A DNA stretch of 64,000 bases, from positions 47,556,001 to 47,620,000 of the forward strand of contig NW_024704742.1 in assembly GCF_018977255.1 (NCBI RefSeq), written 5' to 3'. The stretch comes from Callorhinchus milii (lineage: Eukaryota). Below, in pieces: positions 35,120-47,459 of the stretch. The notes beneath the pieces were generated by a model that was not told where the DNA came from, did not search any database, and saw only the letters and a list, made by a program, of their open reading frames with translations. Each line of letters begins with the position of its first letter. Position 1 is the first letter of the stretch. The position numbers and the translations under genes are program-made.

Positions 35120-36990
35120 CTAACTCTCTGGTAACTCCTCCCACCTCCCTCCTCCCCCCCCGGACCAACAGCCCACAACTGAACACCAAGTCACTATGAA
35201 CGAGGACGTCAATGAGCTCATCTGCTCTGGGGATCTTACCCCCCCCCCCCTCACACAGCCTCCAGTCTCCCAGCCCTGCACAGCCCCGCCTCTACTCCTC
35301 CCCAAGATCCACAAGCAGATCCCTGGCCCTGACCATCTCCTAATTTACAATGGACCTTCAATCCCTCTACACCTCCATTCCCCCACCAGGACGGCCCGCA
35401 GGCCCTCCGCTCCCACCTGGAGCAGCGGCCCCGACCGGTCTCCATCCACCACCGCCCTCCTCCGCCCGCATGAACGTGTTCTGACGTTGAACAGCTTCAC
35501 CTTCAACTCCACCCACTTCCTCCAAGTAACAGGTGTCGCTGTGGGAATCCACGTGGCTCCCAGCCATGGCTGCCTGTTTGTAGCACACCTGGAACACTCA
35601 GTTCCCCTCCCCAACCTGTTCCTCGGATACATCAATGACTGTATTGGAACTGCTTCCTGCTCTCGCACTCAACTGGAAACATTCGCGTACTTTGCTTCTA
35701 CCTTCCAGCCCTTCATTACATTCCCATAGTTTATCTCCGACCCTTCCCTTCCTCAACTTCACCATTTCCATCTCGGGGCATAGATTATCCACAGATATCT
35801 TTCACAAGCCCACCGACTCTCACAGTTACCTGAAATACACTTCCTCCCACCCCGCCTCCTGTAAGGACTCCATTGCCTTTTCCACGTGCCTCCCCCGCAT
35901 CTGCTCTGACGATGCCACCTTTCATAGCATTATACAGCACAAAAGGAGGCCATTCGGCCCATCGTGTCTGTGCCATCTCTTTGAAAAGAGCTTCCCAAAT
36001 CAATCCCACTCCCCCGCTCTCTCCCCATAGCCCTGCAAACTTGTCCTTCCAAAATAATTATCTTCTCTCTTAAAAGTTGTTATCGAATTGGCTTTCACCA
36101 CCCTTTCAAGCAATGTATTCCAGATCTGAACAACTCACTGTGTGAAAAATTTCCCTTCAGAATGCTGAGAGGCGAGGGAAAGATATGCTTAGTGGTTGGA
36201 TCACGCTGGAGGTGTTGGAAATGGCGGAGAATTATTTGCTGGTTATAAATATATATTTCCCCCCCCCCCTCAGCATTCTGAATTGACTGTTCCCTCTGCG
36301 ATTCCCTGGTTCATCACTACCAACACCTGTTCTCCTCTCCCGGCACCTTCCCATGACAGCGCAGGAGATGCAATACCTGTTCTTTCACCTCCTTCAATAC
36401 CACTGTTCAGGGCCCCAAACACAGTTTCCAAGTGAGACAGTGATTTATGTGTACTACCACCAATATAGTATACTGTATTCGCTGCTCACGATGTGGTCCA
36501 CTCTACATTGGGGAGACCAAACCTAGATTGGGTGATCGATTTGCCGAGCATGTCTGTTCGCAAGCACAAACCTGAGCTTCCGATTGCTTGCTACTTCAAC
36601 GCTCCCTTGCACTCTGACCTCTCCACCACTTCAGACCATAAGAGCAGCTCCCATCTTCCCAGCTCCCTTTCAGCTTACCCTCCCCTTTCCCTCTTCTGTC
36701 ACTGTTAACACATCATCTCGGGCCCAGACTCACCCTTTCTCTCTCTGGTCTGCCTCTGCTGCCCTCCTTTGTTTTGCATCATTAACACTTGTTTAATCCA
36801 TCATCGCCTGTCCTGCACCCCATTTTCTACTTTGTCTTTCTTGCCCCGCTTCCCCTCTCTGTTAGTCCTTAAAACCTCTCCTTCCCAACATCCCCCAGTT
36901 CTGATAATGGGTCATGGACCTGAAACGTTGACCCACTTTCCTTCTCCTGATCTGCTGAGTGTTCCCAGCGATCTCTGTTTTTGTTTGCAT
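35120..36990 (+). mobile_element. Penelope-like element (decayed RT + GIY-YIG endonuclease + hammerhead-type terminus), interrupted by a CR1 tail and a short inversion
   Basis: LPKIHK, LTLNSFTFN..FLQVTGVAVG, YINDCIG, HKPTDSHSYL..SSHP; NIVYCIRCSRCGPLYIG at ~36462-36512; CTGATAA..GGGTC-ATG-GACCT-GAAACGTT at 36901-36929. Confidence 0.9.
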
Positions 36991-37152
36991 GAGAGAGTGT
37001 ACACTTCATTCCAACAATCTATCTCTGCAATTTCCATGTGTTGGTGGGATGCACGGAATTCTCAGTTTGGTTTGGTTACTCTTAGGCATAGTGATGGGTT
37101 TCCTCATGTTTCAGGCACCTGGCTGACCGCCCCCCCAAAAATTGCTATTCTT

Positions 37153-38229
37153 AGAGGGTAGTGGTGAATGGTTGTTTTTCAGACTGGAGGGAAGTATACA
37201 GTGGTGTCCTCCAGGGGTCGGTATTAGGTCCACTGCTCTTTTTGATATACATAAATGACTTGGACTTGTGTACAGAAAGCAAAATTTTAAAGATTGCAGA
37301 TGACACAAAACTTGGGAATGTCATAAACAGTGAGGAGAATGGTAGCAGACTCCAGGGGGACATAGACAGACTGGTGAAATGGGCAGACATATGGCAGAGG
37401 AAATTTAATGCAGAGTGCGAGGTGATGCATTTTGGGAGGAAGAATGATGAGAAGCAATATACAATAAATGGTACAGTTTTAAAGGGAGTACAGGAGCAGA
37501 GATACCTGGAGGTTCACATACACAGGTCTTTGTAGGTGGCAGGATAGGTTGATAGAACTGTTTAAAAAAGCATATGGGATCCTTGGCTTCATAAATAAAG
37601 GCATAGGGTACAAAAGCAAGGAAATTCTGCTAAACCTTTATAAGTCACTAGTTAGGCTTCAGCTGGAGTGTTGTGTCCAACTCTGGGCACCACACTTTAG
37701 GAAGGATATCAAGGCTCAAGGCGTGACAACACTGAGGATACCTTGGAGAAGGTGCAGAGGAGATTTGCCAGACTGGTATCGGGGATGAGGGACTTTAGTT
37801 ATGTGGAGAGTCTAGAGAAGCTCGGATTGTTCTTAGAGCAGAGAAGGTTAAGGGTAGATTTTGATAGAGGTGTTCAAAATTATGAGGGGTTTTGATAGAG
37901 TAGATAGGGAGAAAATGTTTCCACTGGCAGGTAGTTTGGCAACAAGGGGACATAGATTTAAGATAATTGGCAAAAGAACCAAAGGGGAGATGATGAGACA
38001 TTTTTTTTACACAGAGTTGTTACGTTCTGGAATACACTGCCTGAAAGGGTGATGGAAACAGATTCAATAAGAATTTTCAAAACAGAATTAGATAGGTACT
38101 TGAAGAGAAAAAATTTGCAAGGATGTGGGGAAAGATCGAGGAGTGGGACTGATTGGGTAGCTCTTCCAAAGAGCCGGCACGGGCATGATGGGCCAAAGGG
38201 CCTCCTTCTATGAGTAATATTCTATGATT
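37153..38229 (+). mobile_element. CR1-clade LINE, 3' ~1.1 kb, decayed
   Basis: [18 protein letters not shown] and ADDTKL motifs; TTCTATGATTCT tail. Confidence 0.95.
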
Positions 38230-39539
38230 CTCCTGGTTTGGATACTCTTAAGCGAGATGATGGTACTCTGCATTATATCTGCATGTATTCCCCCCAAAAT
38301 ACTAATTCCTTGTTTGTCAAAATGCTCAAAGGGAGGTGCTTTCATGAGCTGGCTGGCAGGAGTGCAAAAAATCGGTGCCTCTGCCTTTAATGTATTAATC
38401 TACTTGTAGTTCTGCACAACTTTCTGCAGTGTAGGTGCTAGTTATATAATAATAATCCTTGCATTTCATATAGCACCTTATTGAGTGTCAAGAAGTATCA
38501 AAGTGCTTCACAGAATATACTGTAAAGTGATTTGACTGTAAATTTTTGTGGGCAAAATTTTTAAGAAATTTTGAACAAATAGCAGAATTTAGATGAAAAA
38601 ATTGTGCCAGTGTGTGTGTGTGCGCACATGTGCATTTCAATTTGAATTGTGATTAGAAGAAAAGGCTTTTTGTACCAAGTACTGTAGATTCTCATTTATT
38701 ATTCAAAAGAAAATTACAAAGGAATTTGCTTTTTAAGTAATGTAAACCAGCTCCCAGAGACAGGTAATTTTGCTTCCATTTCTGTCCCAACAGCAATCCC
38801 TCTGCTGATAATTTACAGGTGTGGCATAAGTGTGCCCAGGGGCAGCTCCATTTATTGTAATTTGAGTTGGAGCTTTAAAAGAGCCAGAAGGCCAATCCAG
38901 CAATGCCCAACCCTGGAATAATCACTGCCAGCTGAACTTGTAGCAGTATCAAGAGCCATTAGTGATTTCCTGGCTTGATTTCAGTTGTTAAATTCAAAAT
39001 GTGATGGTGTCTGGCAGCTGGTAGCAGCCTCATGAATATTGTATATTGAATCCAGTGCTAATAATATTACAGCAGTTCTTTGAGACACTTACACCTGCAT
39101 TGAGAATGCCTTTACATGACTTATATGACTGAATTTCATGACTTTCTTACCAGCACTCTGCTCCAAAAATGACTATTGCAGCTCATTGGTTCAAGGCCAC
39201 GATTATTTAACTTTCTAGATCTTTCAAAAAAAGCTAAAGCCTTTTGTTACAGTTTTTGATTATCAGTATTAATAATAATCCTTGCAATTGATGATAATCC
39301 TTGCACTTGATATACATTATTACAATACATTTGACCAAAATTATTTCTGTTAGTTACCATGGAAAGCCATTCAAATTTGCTCTTGTGAATGAATTTTTTT
39401 TTGGGGGGGGCACTGTCTAAGAGTTAGGAATTAAAGCCTATAGCTGCCACAATAGAGAACCTGCTTTCCAAGTCAATATAGTCATTTGCATTCATATTAT
39501 TAACACAATAAAACATTTCATAAAAGTTTTCTTTCAAAT

Positions 39540-40428
39540 TAATTTCCACATGTATGTGGAGGACATCCAACTCTATCTCTGCCTTCTCCCTCGATTTCAG
39601 GCCACTGTTGTTCTGACTGATTGCCTGTCGGCCATCAAGTCCTGGATGAGAGCTAACATTCTCCAGTTGAATATCAACATGACAGAGGCTCTCCTGCTTG
39701 GCTCCTGTCAGTGCCTTCCCACCTCAGGCACTGACAGCATCAATCTACATGAATGCACACTCCAACCTCACGGAGCCAGCGCAGAACCTCGGTGTCTACT
39801 TCGACTCAACTGTCCTTTAAACTCTACATCGGTGCTCTGACCCATTCAGCTTTTCCCCACTTCCGCAATTTTGCCGCTTCAATACCTCTCTCCTCAGACC
39901 GCTGAGACCCTTATCCATGCTTTTATTATTTCCAGGCTTCATTATACCAACGCACTGCTCAATATTCTCTCCACAAACTGCAGACCATTGATTTCTCTGC
40001 AGCTCGTGTCCTCTCCTGCTCTGTGAGTCTGTCACCCATCCTCGAGCAGAGAGTTCAAGATCCGTGTGCTCACTTTCAAATCACTCCACAGTCTTGCCCC
40101 ACCGTACCTCTATGACTGTCTAAATCATACCAACCCACCAGCTCCCTCGCTCAGCAGGTACATACACGCCCAGCCCAGTCCATTAGTGTTGTCATGCCTT
40201 GAGCATCTCAGGCCACACTTTGGAGCTCCATCTTGGAGTACCTTTGTCTTGTCCCTTCCCTCGCCTCCTACAAGGTTCATCTCAAGACCTGCAGTCATCT
40301 TTTTCCCCCTCCCCCTTGGGCAACACCCTTCCAACCAACCCCCAAGTTCAGGTGCAAACTCTTAACTACCTTGGAATGTCTTCCTGGTGTGAAAGGCGTT
40401 ATATAAATGCAATTTATTGTTCTTGTTG
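39540..40428 (+). mobile_element. Old L2 3' fragment
   Basis: MYVEDIQLYL (decayed YADD), NILQLNINMTEALLLG; stem-loop tail. Confidence 0.85.
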
Positions 40429-43149
40429 TAAGTGACAGATTGCAGTCAAACACTTGTGGAAAGGGCAAATATCTTACTATCATTTGACCCCGATAGCTCC
40501 AGGTAACGCAGAATGATTTTGAAATTTGTGCTGCGGTATAGCTCATGACTAGCAATTTCTAGATTTCCCATTGCCTTAAGGATGCTCCAACAAACTCTTA
40601 ACATCATTAATCATAACTCTGTGAACTTTATGGATCGCTATAGATTACTGAGGTGAAGCTATAATTTTTGACATAAATATGGAGATTTAGCTACATATTT
40701 ATGCTGCTTCATTCATGATAGCTGGCTGCATCTTTTTTGAATTGTGGTGAATGGACTAGTGTGGCCTGGCAGTTTGCAGATACACTGAGATGCCTGGCTT
40801 TGGATATGTATCGAGCCCCAGAATCAAGATCCAAGGCTTTCTCTTGAGCAAACCAAACATGTTTGCAATATTCAATTCCATGGTAAGATATATGCTTCAT
40901 ACACCACTGAAATTGCTAATTGTGACAAACACAACAAGTAACTTCATTACTTGCTGTTTCCAGCTTACATCAAATAACAGCAGCTAAAATCTTGCCAGTT
41001 GCATGGAGGGAGAAGAAATTGCTGTTTACATGAACATAAACTACCGTTGACTTTATTGAAACTTATATTTTTTTAAAAAACTCTTGAAATTGACACTGAT
41101 ACACCCAGACAAGTAACAATGAACAGCTAATCTGTCTGTTACAGTGTCTTTTCTTACACTGTATTCCAATACTGGAAACATATTGAGTGTGCAGGTTGTT
41201 TTATGCAGTAACCATTAATATGCATAGGATTCATTAATTGTGTTGGTGGACCAGGGATACTGATACTGACTCAATGTTGTATTGAAAGGTTCTGCAGCAG
41301 TAATTTCAAGCCTCTTATACATTCTCATCATTTTACTATTATTCTTGTTTGCCTACAAAATGCATAGTCACTCTACTGTACACTGTACCCTGTGAAACAC
41401 TTTGAAGTATCCTCTCAGCATAAAAGGAGCTATTTCAAATGTAAGGATTTTGAGGATTATTATATGTGTTTAATTTTGGGTCGCAAGCCATACTTGTGCT
41501 GGGGAATAAACATTTCTCATTTTTCTATGCAATGTTGATATCTTTTGGTGGCCAAAGCTGCCTGATTTCTGCTTAGGGAGAGATCTTCTGTGGTATGATC
41601 CCAAAAGTGAATTATAACTGCATTGAACATTGATAAATGAAAACCTTTGTTTCTGAAAGGAGCGTATTTTCCTGAATCGAGTGCTTTACAAATATGCAGT
41701 ATTACAAAAGACCCACATGCAGATTTTAAAACTTTTAAAACATTTTAGTAATGTCATTGTAACCTGCTCATACTTGGAAATACATTTTGTGGATTTAGAG
41801 AGAGGAAGGAGTATGCTGTGACCCAGAGCAGTAAGTATAAGAATGGAATGAGATGCAAGATGAAACTCTCACTGCTGCTCTAGTAGCGCAGCTCAACTGC
41901 TAATCTTGAGAAAGCTCTTTTACGTGGGTGTGAATTCCATTTCCTACTGACTGAGTGCCAATTGCTGCTGAATTATGTGGGCTTATGCCCTGTACACTCC
42001 ACACACTAAAATTGGGACTGACCTAAAACCTTACAGTTGATTGAAAAGAAACTCACATCTGTTATTTGAAGTAGAAAAGGACTTTGTGCTGACCCACCAC
42101 GTTCTCCATCGCTAGGTCAAATTATGGTATTTCATGATTGTTTTTCTTTCAAACCATATCAGAACTTTACTCACTGTTTCTGTTCTGATAGTGCAAAAGT
42201 ACATGGAAATAAAGGGTCGGTTGTTTCTCACAATATGTAGGGATATTGTATGTAACAGTATTGTGGCTTTGCAAGACTATTTCATTGAAGTGGCACGTTT
42301 TTCATCAGTTGCCCTGGGAATAGTTGATTTATTGAGAACTAGAAGCATTAATCTGCTGAGTATTTCTGGAATTGCATTATTTGTCTGGGTCCGTTTTGAT
42401 AATGAGCTGGGCCAATAGACAAGTGGGGCGCACTTTCCCCGCATTTTCCGCTACAACGGTCCTCGTCCGCAACAAATCTGCTCCAGCCCCTCAGGTACTA
42501 TACACACAGTGCGCTAGGCCCCAGGCCTCTCATGTTGTTTGCTCAATGCCACTACTATAGCCGGAGCGACTCCAATCGCGCAAGGCGGCGAGGTGAATTT
42601 TGGGATCGCAGAAGCAGCGTGAGTGGGAAATCAACTTTGCTGGCGAGTGAACCTCGATAGGAAAAGCAGCTGCGTCACACTTCTATACTGCCACGAATAC
42701 TTGGTAAGTGCTGTACTATTCAAATTAAAATATTTAGTATTTTAAACATAACTACATTTTCAGGAAATATATACCTATAGTTTTAACCAGGGTTGTTTCA
42801 CTTTTTAGGTTGTCCAATACAAAAATGTACAAACGTTTTTGTAAATCCTGTGAGGAAGCACAGGGACAGCACTTCTCATTTTCATTCTGTCGCTCAGATA
42901 GAATTGTACTCTATCCAGATGACTTTCATGAAGAAGGTGTGCTGTTGTTTTGCTGCATTTGCTGATACACAGTTAACCATGTTTGCGAGTACACCATTGA
43001 TGAGCACATGAAATCTCGGAAACATTGTGAATGCAAGGCAGCGGCAATAAGGAAAAAAGGTCAAATAATTTTCGTATATACATTTAATTTTGAAAGAAAA
43101 TCTTAATTTGTATGATTACAAAAGCTAATCTTCCTTTTTCTCTGATCTT

Positions 43150-43470
43150 CACTCCCGAATCCACCATCCGGCACCTCTGCTCGACTGGTACCGTCCTCGT
43201 GCTCGTCCCTCGCACCCACCGCCACACCATCAGAGGTCGCGCTTTCAGCTACTATGTCCCGAAACTCTGGAACACTCCCTCAATCCCTCCGCCTTGCCCC
43301 ATCTCTCCCCTTTTTCAAGTTCCTCCTGAAAACCTTCCTCTTTGACCGTGCTTACGGTCACCTCCTCCTCCTCCCCCCCCCCCCCCGACTCATAGTCAGG
43401 CTCTGCCATTGTTGAGCGCTCTTGAGACGCTACCCTGCGTGGAGGGCGCTATGTAAGTGCAAGTTGTTAT
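43150..43470 (+). mobile_element. L2 3' fragment (same subfamily as 20196-21770)
   Basis: RHLCSTGTVL..GRAFSYYVPKLWN; tail similar to 20196-20270. Confidence 0.85.
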
Positions 43471-43581
43471 TTTTGAATGAATTTGAAAAGCACAGAAAAC
43501 AACCACAGCAAACGAAAACAAATAGAACATTTCTAATGACAAATGCATCATGAAGACCAATTTTTATTTTTTCCTTTCTAG

Positions 43582-43852
43582 GTGGATGTGGACCTCAAAG
43601 ACAACTTGCTCTGACAACTTGCTTCTTTAGAGCCACTGCATTATCTATGGAGAGAAAATAATTCATATTGGGCTTTGTGCAGTGTTTGACTAGAGCAGAC
43701 ATGCTGCTTGAAAAAGCTCCTGTCTTCCAAGAGTTTCTATGCAAGAACATGAAACAGGAAGGGACTATTTCAACATCATCACAGCTTCGTCATACATACT
43801 TGAAGGAGCTTATTCCTGAGCATGAAGAAACATGTTGAAGATACGGATGTAG
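43582..43852 (+). other. Putative exon 2 of the plus-strand gene: 5'UTR with uORFs and candidate start ATG 43822 (MKKHVEDTDV...)
   Basis: Strong acceptor tttttattttttcctttctag; donors TAG|gttagc (43853) or GAT|gtaggt (43849); no repeat similarity seen. Gene not recognised. Confidence 0.6.
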
Positions 43853-44944
43853 GTTAGCAGCAAAATGTGTCTCTCAGTAGCACCAATTAGCCCTCCGCAA
43901 TTTTCCACAAAATGCTAAAATCATCCCTGCAATGCCCCGCAAAATTTGCAAAGAGCTCCACAACTTTGTGCAAATATTTACACACTTTTCTATTGCTTCA
44001 GATAATGAGCCATTGCCACTGGCTTGCATTCAAGGGGCTACTAAATCCAAAAATAATTCCCTATCATTTTAATGCATTCAATCTTATTTTTAAATTGTGG
44101 TTTCTCTGCGCCATGGATCTATTATGTTTCATATATAAACTTGAGTTCAGAATGAATTACATGTACCTTTAATTGTGAGATTGACCATCAATGAAAATGA
44201 TTGGTTGTTAAATAATAAATAATATTCACTGGTTGTTAATTACGTAATTAAGGACATCTGCAATTCCCTTTATTGATATGTTTACAAATGGTTCATAATA
44301 CAATACAAATTTATATTGTTCCTTTCAGGTGATTGGATATGTTAAAGCCTCAACAATGATGGATGGGCACCTGAGCTGGAGGTGGGAGCCAAGGGGGTTG
44401 AGGTGGGGAAAGATGACTAATTTTTGCTTGGTCAGTCAGGTGCCTGACATGTGTGAAAACCCATCACCATGTGGGATTAATTATGAAGGTTGATAACACA
44501 AGTAATGTTGGTACAGACAAGATGAGTGAAGTAGCCTCATTTTATGCTGCAAATTTTTTGTTTCCATGTTTCTGTTTAATTCATACATGAGGAAACAAAT
44601 TAACTGGAACTCCTCCAATGATTCATCAACAGAGGAGGGAAGGAAAATAAATTACAGACAGATGTGTATCTTGGCTCTCCACATCAAGAGTGCCAGTTGT
44701 AATTGTAGCAACTGATAACTGGCATTGTGCTTTCTGTGGCGTTATTTCTGTAAATCAAGCATGTTCCTAGTACACAATAAGGTACAACGCAACAATCATA
44801 TATCTTCGTATTGCTTCTTTGTACTGATTCTTTTTCTTTACTCTCACCATAGCAACTATGACGTTATTTCATAGTGCTTCATTTTCCATAAGAAAGAGAC
44901 TACTTACTGTATTGCACTCAATCAAGGTAACTTAAAAAACAAGT

Positions 44945-45422
44945 TTATTTTAAATGTCCCGAGGCGCTGGATAGAGTACAGCATTTCGGACCTGAGCTGA
45001 GGTCAGAAGGGGGGGGAGGGGGATGGCCGATGGCATGGTTGAAGAGGAGGGTCTTGAGGCAGGACTTGAAGGAGGCTAAGGAGAGGGTGAGGCGGAGTGA
45101 CCGGGGGATGGAATTCCAGAGGTTGGGGGCACAGTGGCTGAAAGCTGTCCCACCAATGGTGGGGCGGGTGGGTTGGGGGACATGGAGCAGACTGAAGACT
45201 GCTGAGCGGAGGGAACGGGCGGGTTGGTAGGGGGTTAGGCGGTTGCAGAGGTAGGGTGGGATGAGGCCATGGAGGGCTTTGTATGTGAGGACCAGGATCT
45301 TGAACTGGATCCTCTGAAGGATAGGCAGCCAATGGAGTCGGGTGAGAATGGGGGAGATGGGGGTCACGGAGTTTGGTGCGGGAGAGACACGGGCTGCAGA
45401 GTTCTGGATTATCTGCAGCCTG
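44945..45422 (-). mobile_element. L2 3' fragment
   Basis: RLQIIQNSAAR...LHWLPILQRIQFKILVLTYKALHG. Confidence 0.9.
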
Positions 45423-45504
45423 CACTGGCTTGGCATCTGAGCTGGGAATGAGAGTCAAGAGGGATGGAAAGGGAAAGATAACCAAAAGCACAGTCAAAGA
45501 GGTA

Positions 45505-46105
45505 GGTCTATCCATCTGCGACCTGGACTCCCTCTGCCTCCTTGTCTTCCTTGACCGCTCTAATGCTTTCGACTCTGCTCACTACTCTATCCTGCAGAAC
45601 TCTGCAGCCCATGTCATCTCCCGCACCAGGCTCCGTGACCCTATCACCCCAATCCTCATCCAACTCCACTGGCTTCCCATCACACACAGGATGCAGTTCA
45701 AGATTCTGGTCCTCACCTTCAAAGCCCTCCATGGCCTTGCTCCCCTCTACCTCTGCAACCTCCTAACCCCCTACCATCCTGCCTGCTCCCTCCGCTCAGC
45801 GGGCTCCGGCTTGCTTCATGTCCCCTGCCTTGCCCGGCTCACCATTGGCAGGCAGGCCTTTTGCCACTTTGCCCATACTGTATGGAACGCCATCCTGCAG
45901 TCTCTCCACCTAGCCCCCTTCCTTGTCTCCTTCAAGACCCATCTCATGACCCTCCTTTTTGCCTGCTTTCGATCACCCTGCTTCCCCCCCTGCCCTCCAC
46001 CTTCCCCAATCCTGATCCCCAGCTTGGCCTGGTATTTTGACTGTCCGGTGCCTTGGGACATCCTCTCGACGTGAAAGTCGCTGTACCAATATAATTTTGT
46101 TGTTG
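45505..46105 (+). mobile_element. L2 3' fragment with internal deletion
   Basis: ORF 45373..46074 jumps from SLCLLVFLD to QNSAAHV...LHWLP; (TTG)n tail. Confidence 0.9.
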
Positions 46106-46629
46106 TCTTGAGATGGACCTTGAATGAGGTGAGGGAGGGAGTCAGAAGGATTCTAGGATGAAATCCAAATACATATTTGTACAAATGTAGGAAGTTGTTG
46201 AATACAATGGCTGTGGAATTTGTGAAGGAGTTCTGTGTAATTTGATAATCACTTTCACTGGCAAGTTGCATGGTCCACTCCATTTGTGGAACAAACGTAT
46301 TTAGCGTTTTCTTATTGAATATTCCGATTGCTATGAACGTTTTTCCTGTTGAGTATTCCTAGTGATGATAAATGGAAAAGTTATTGGCTGGAGAGTGACC
46401 TGATCTAGTTCTTCTTCTGTTTATACTATTAATAAACGACAGGGCAAAGAGTAATACTTGTTATACACAATTGGATAGCTAAGGTTGTGTGGTGAGGTGA
46501 AGAGGATGACATGGTAATCTGGTATGACATGGTAGTCTCTTTGAATGTTAGTGAATACTAAGAAATAGAAAATAGATTGTGTATAAATGTAAGGTAATGC
46601 TTATTGGAATACAAAATGTCTATAAAATT

Positions 46630-47450
46630 GTTGTTAGCGTTATTTAAACAATATATATTTGATAAATAGAATATATACAGTTACATCGAAAAATTCCTGT
46701 GATAGAAAAGAAAAAGCAGCACACTAATATTCTGTTACAATATGCAACAGACCCTGCCCCTCGTGGGAGAGGGGCTGCCTCTGCATACTCCACTCAAATG
46801 GAGCGACCAAGGTGCGGGAAGCTCTTTAGTGACAGCGTGTACATCCCTTTGCACTACCTACATGTGCACGTGCATCACATACACCCTGCACACTGGGTGC
46901 CAGCTCCAGCCGACCGAGACTGACACCCCGGTGTACAATGCATCCACACATGTTTACAACGATTCTATCTTAAAACATTGGAACACAAAATCCACAGAGA
47001 TCCTCCGGCCCGGAGTACTGCCTTAATTTGCTCAGGGATTGCCTTGGCCAGGATGTTGTAATCTACATTCAGCAGTGAAATCAGCCAACCATTCTTTTTT
47101 TCCTTTGATGCCTTTTCTCATGGAATCTGCAATGGTCCCTGCCAGCAACATACTATTGTACACTTCCAGCAGGTTTGGGCCTACCTCATCACACAGAGCT
47201 GAGTAGTGCTCCACCGGGAGGCCATTGCCCCTGGAGGTCTTACCCGTCTGGAAAGACTTGATGGCACCTTGTCCAGAGAGCCGGGTATTCCAGATGCTCC
47301 CAGTTCCCCTTGTCCAGCCCCTCGGTGATGGCAGACAAGAAGTCACAGGAGGCCGTGCTCTCTGGACTTTTTATGGTACAGGTCAGCATAAAAGGATCTG
47401 CCGATCCTCTGTATGTCACCATGTTCCATGGGTGTGGAGCCCATCTCACC
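46630..47450 (-). mobile_element. Tx1/L1-clade LINE remnant, internally deleted
   Basis: KSFQTGKT..NGLPVEHYSAL..VGPNLLEVYN..SMRKGI and ISLLNVDYNILAKAI translations, joined directly to 3'-end-like sequence. Confidence 0.8.
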
Positions 47451-47459
47451 TTTCAGTCC

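Noticed and set aside
33970..35199. Overlapping ORFs with poly-N/S/A/L/G runs
   Set aside because: By-products of the GC-rich, stop-poor CpG island and microsatellites.
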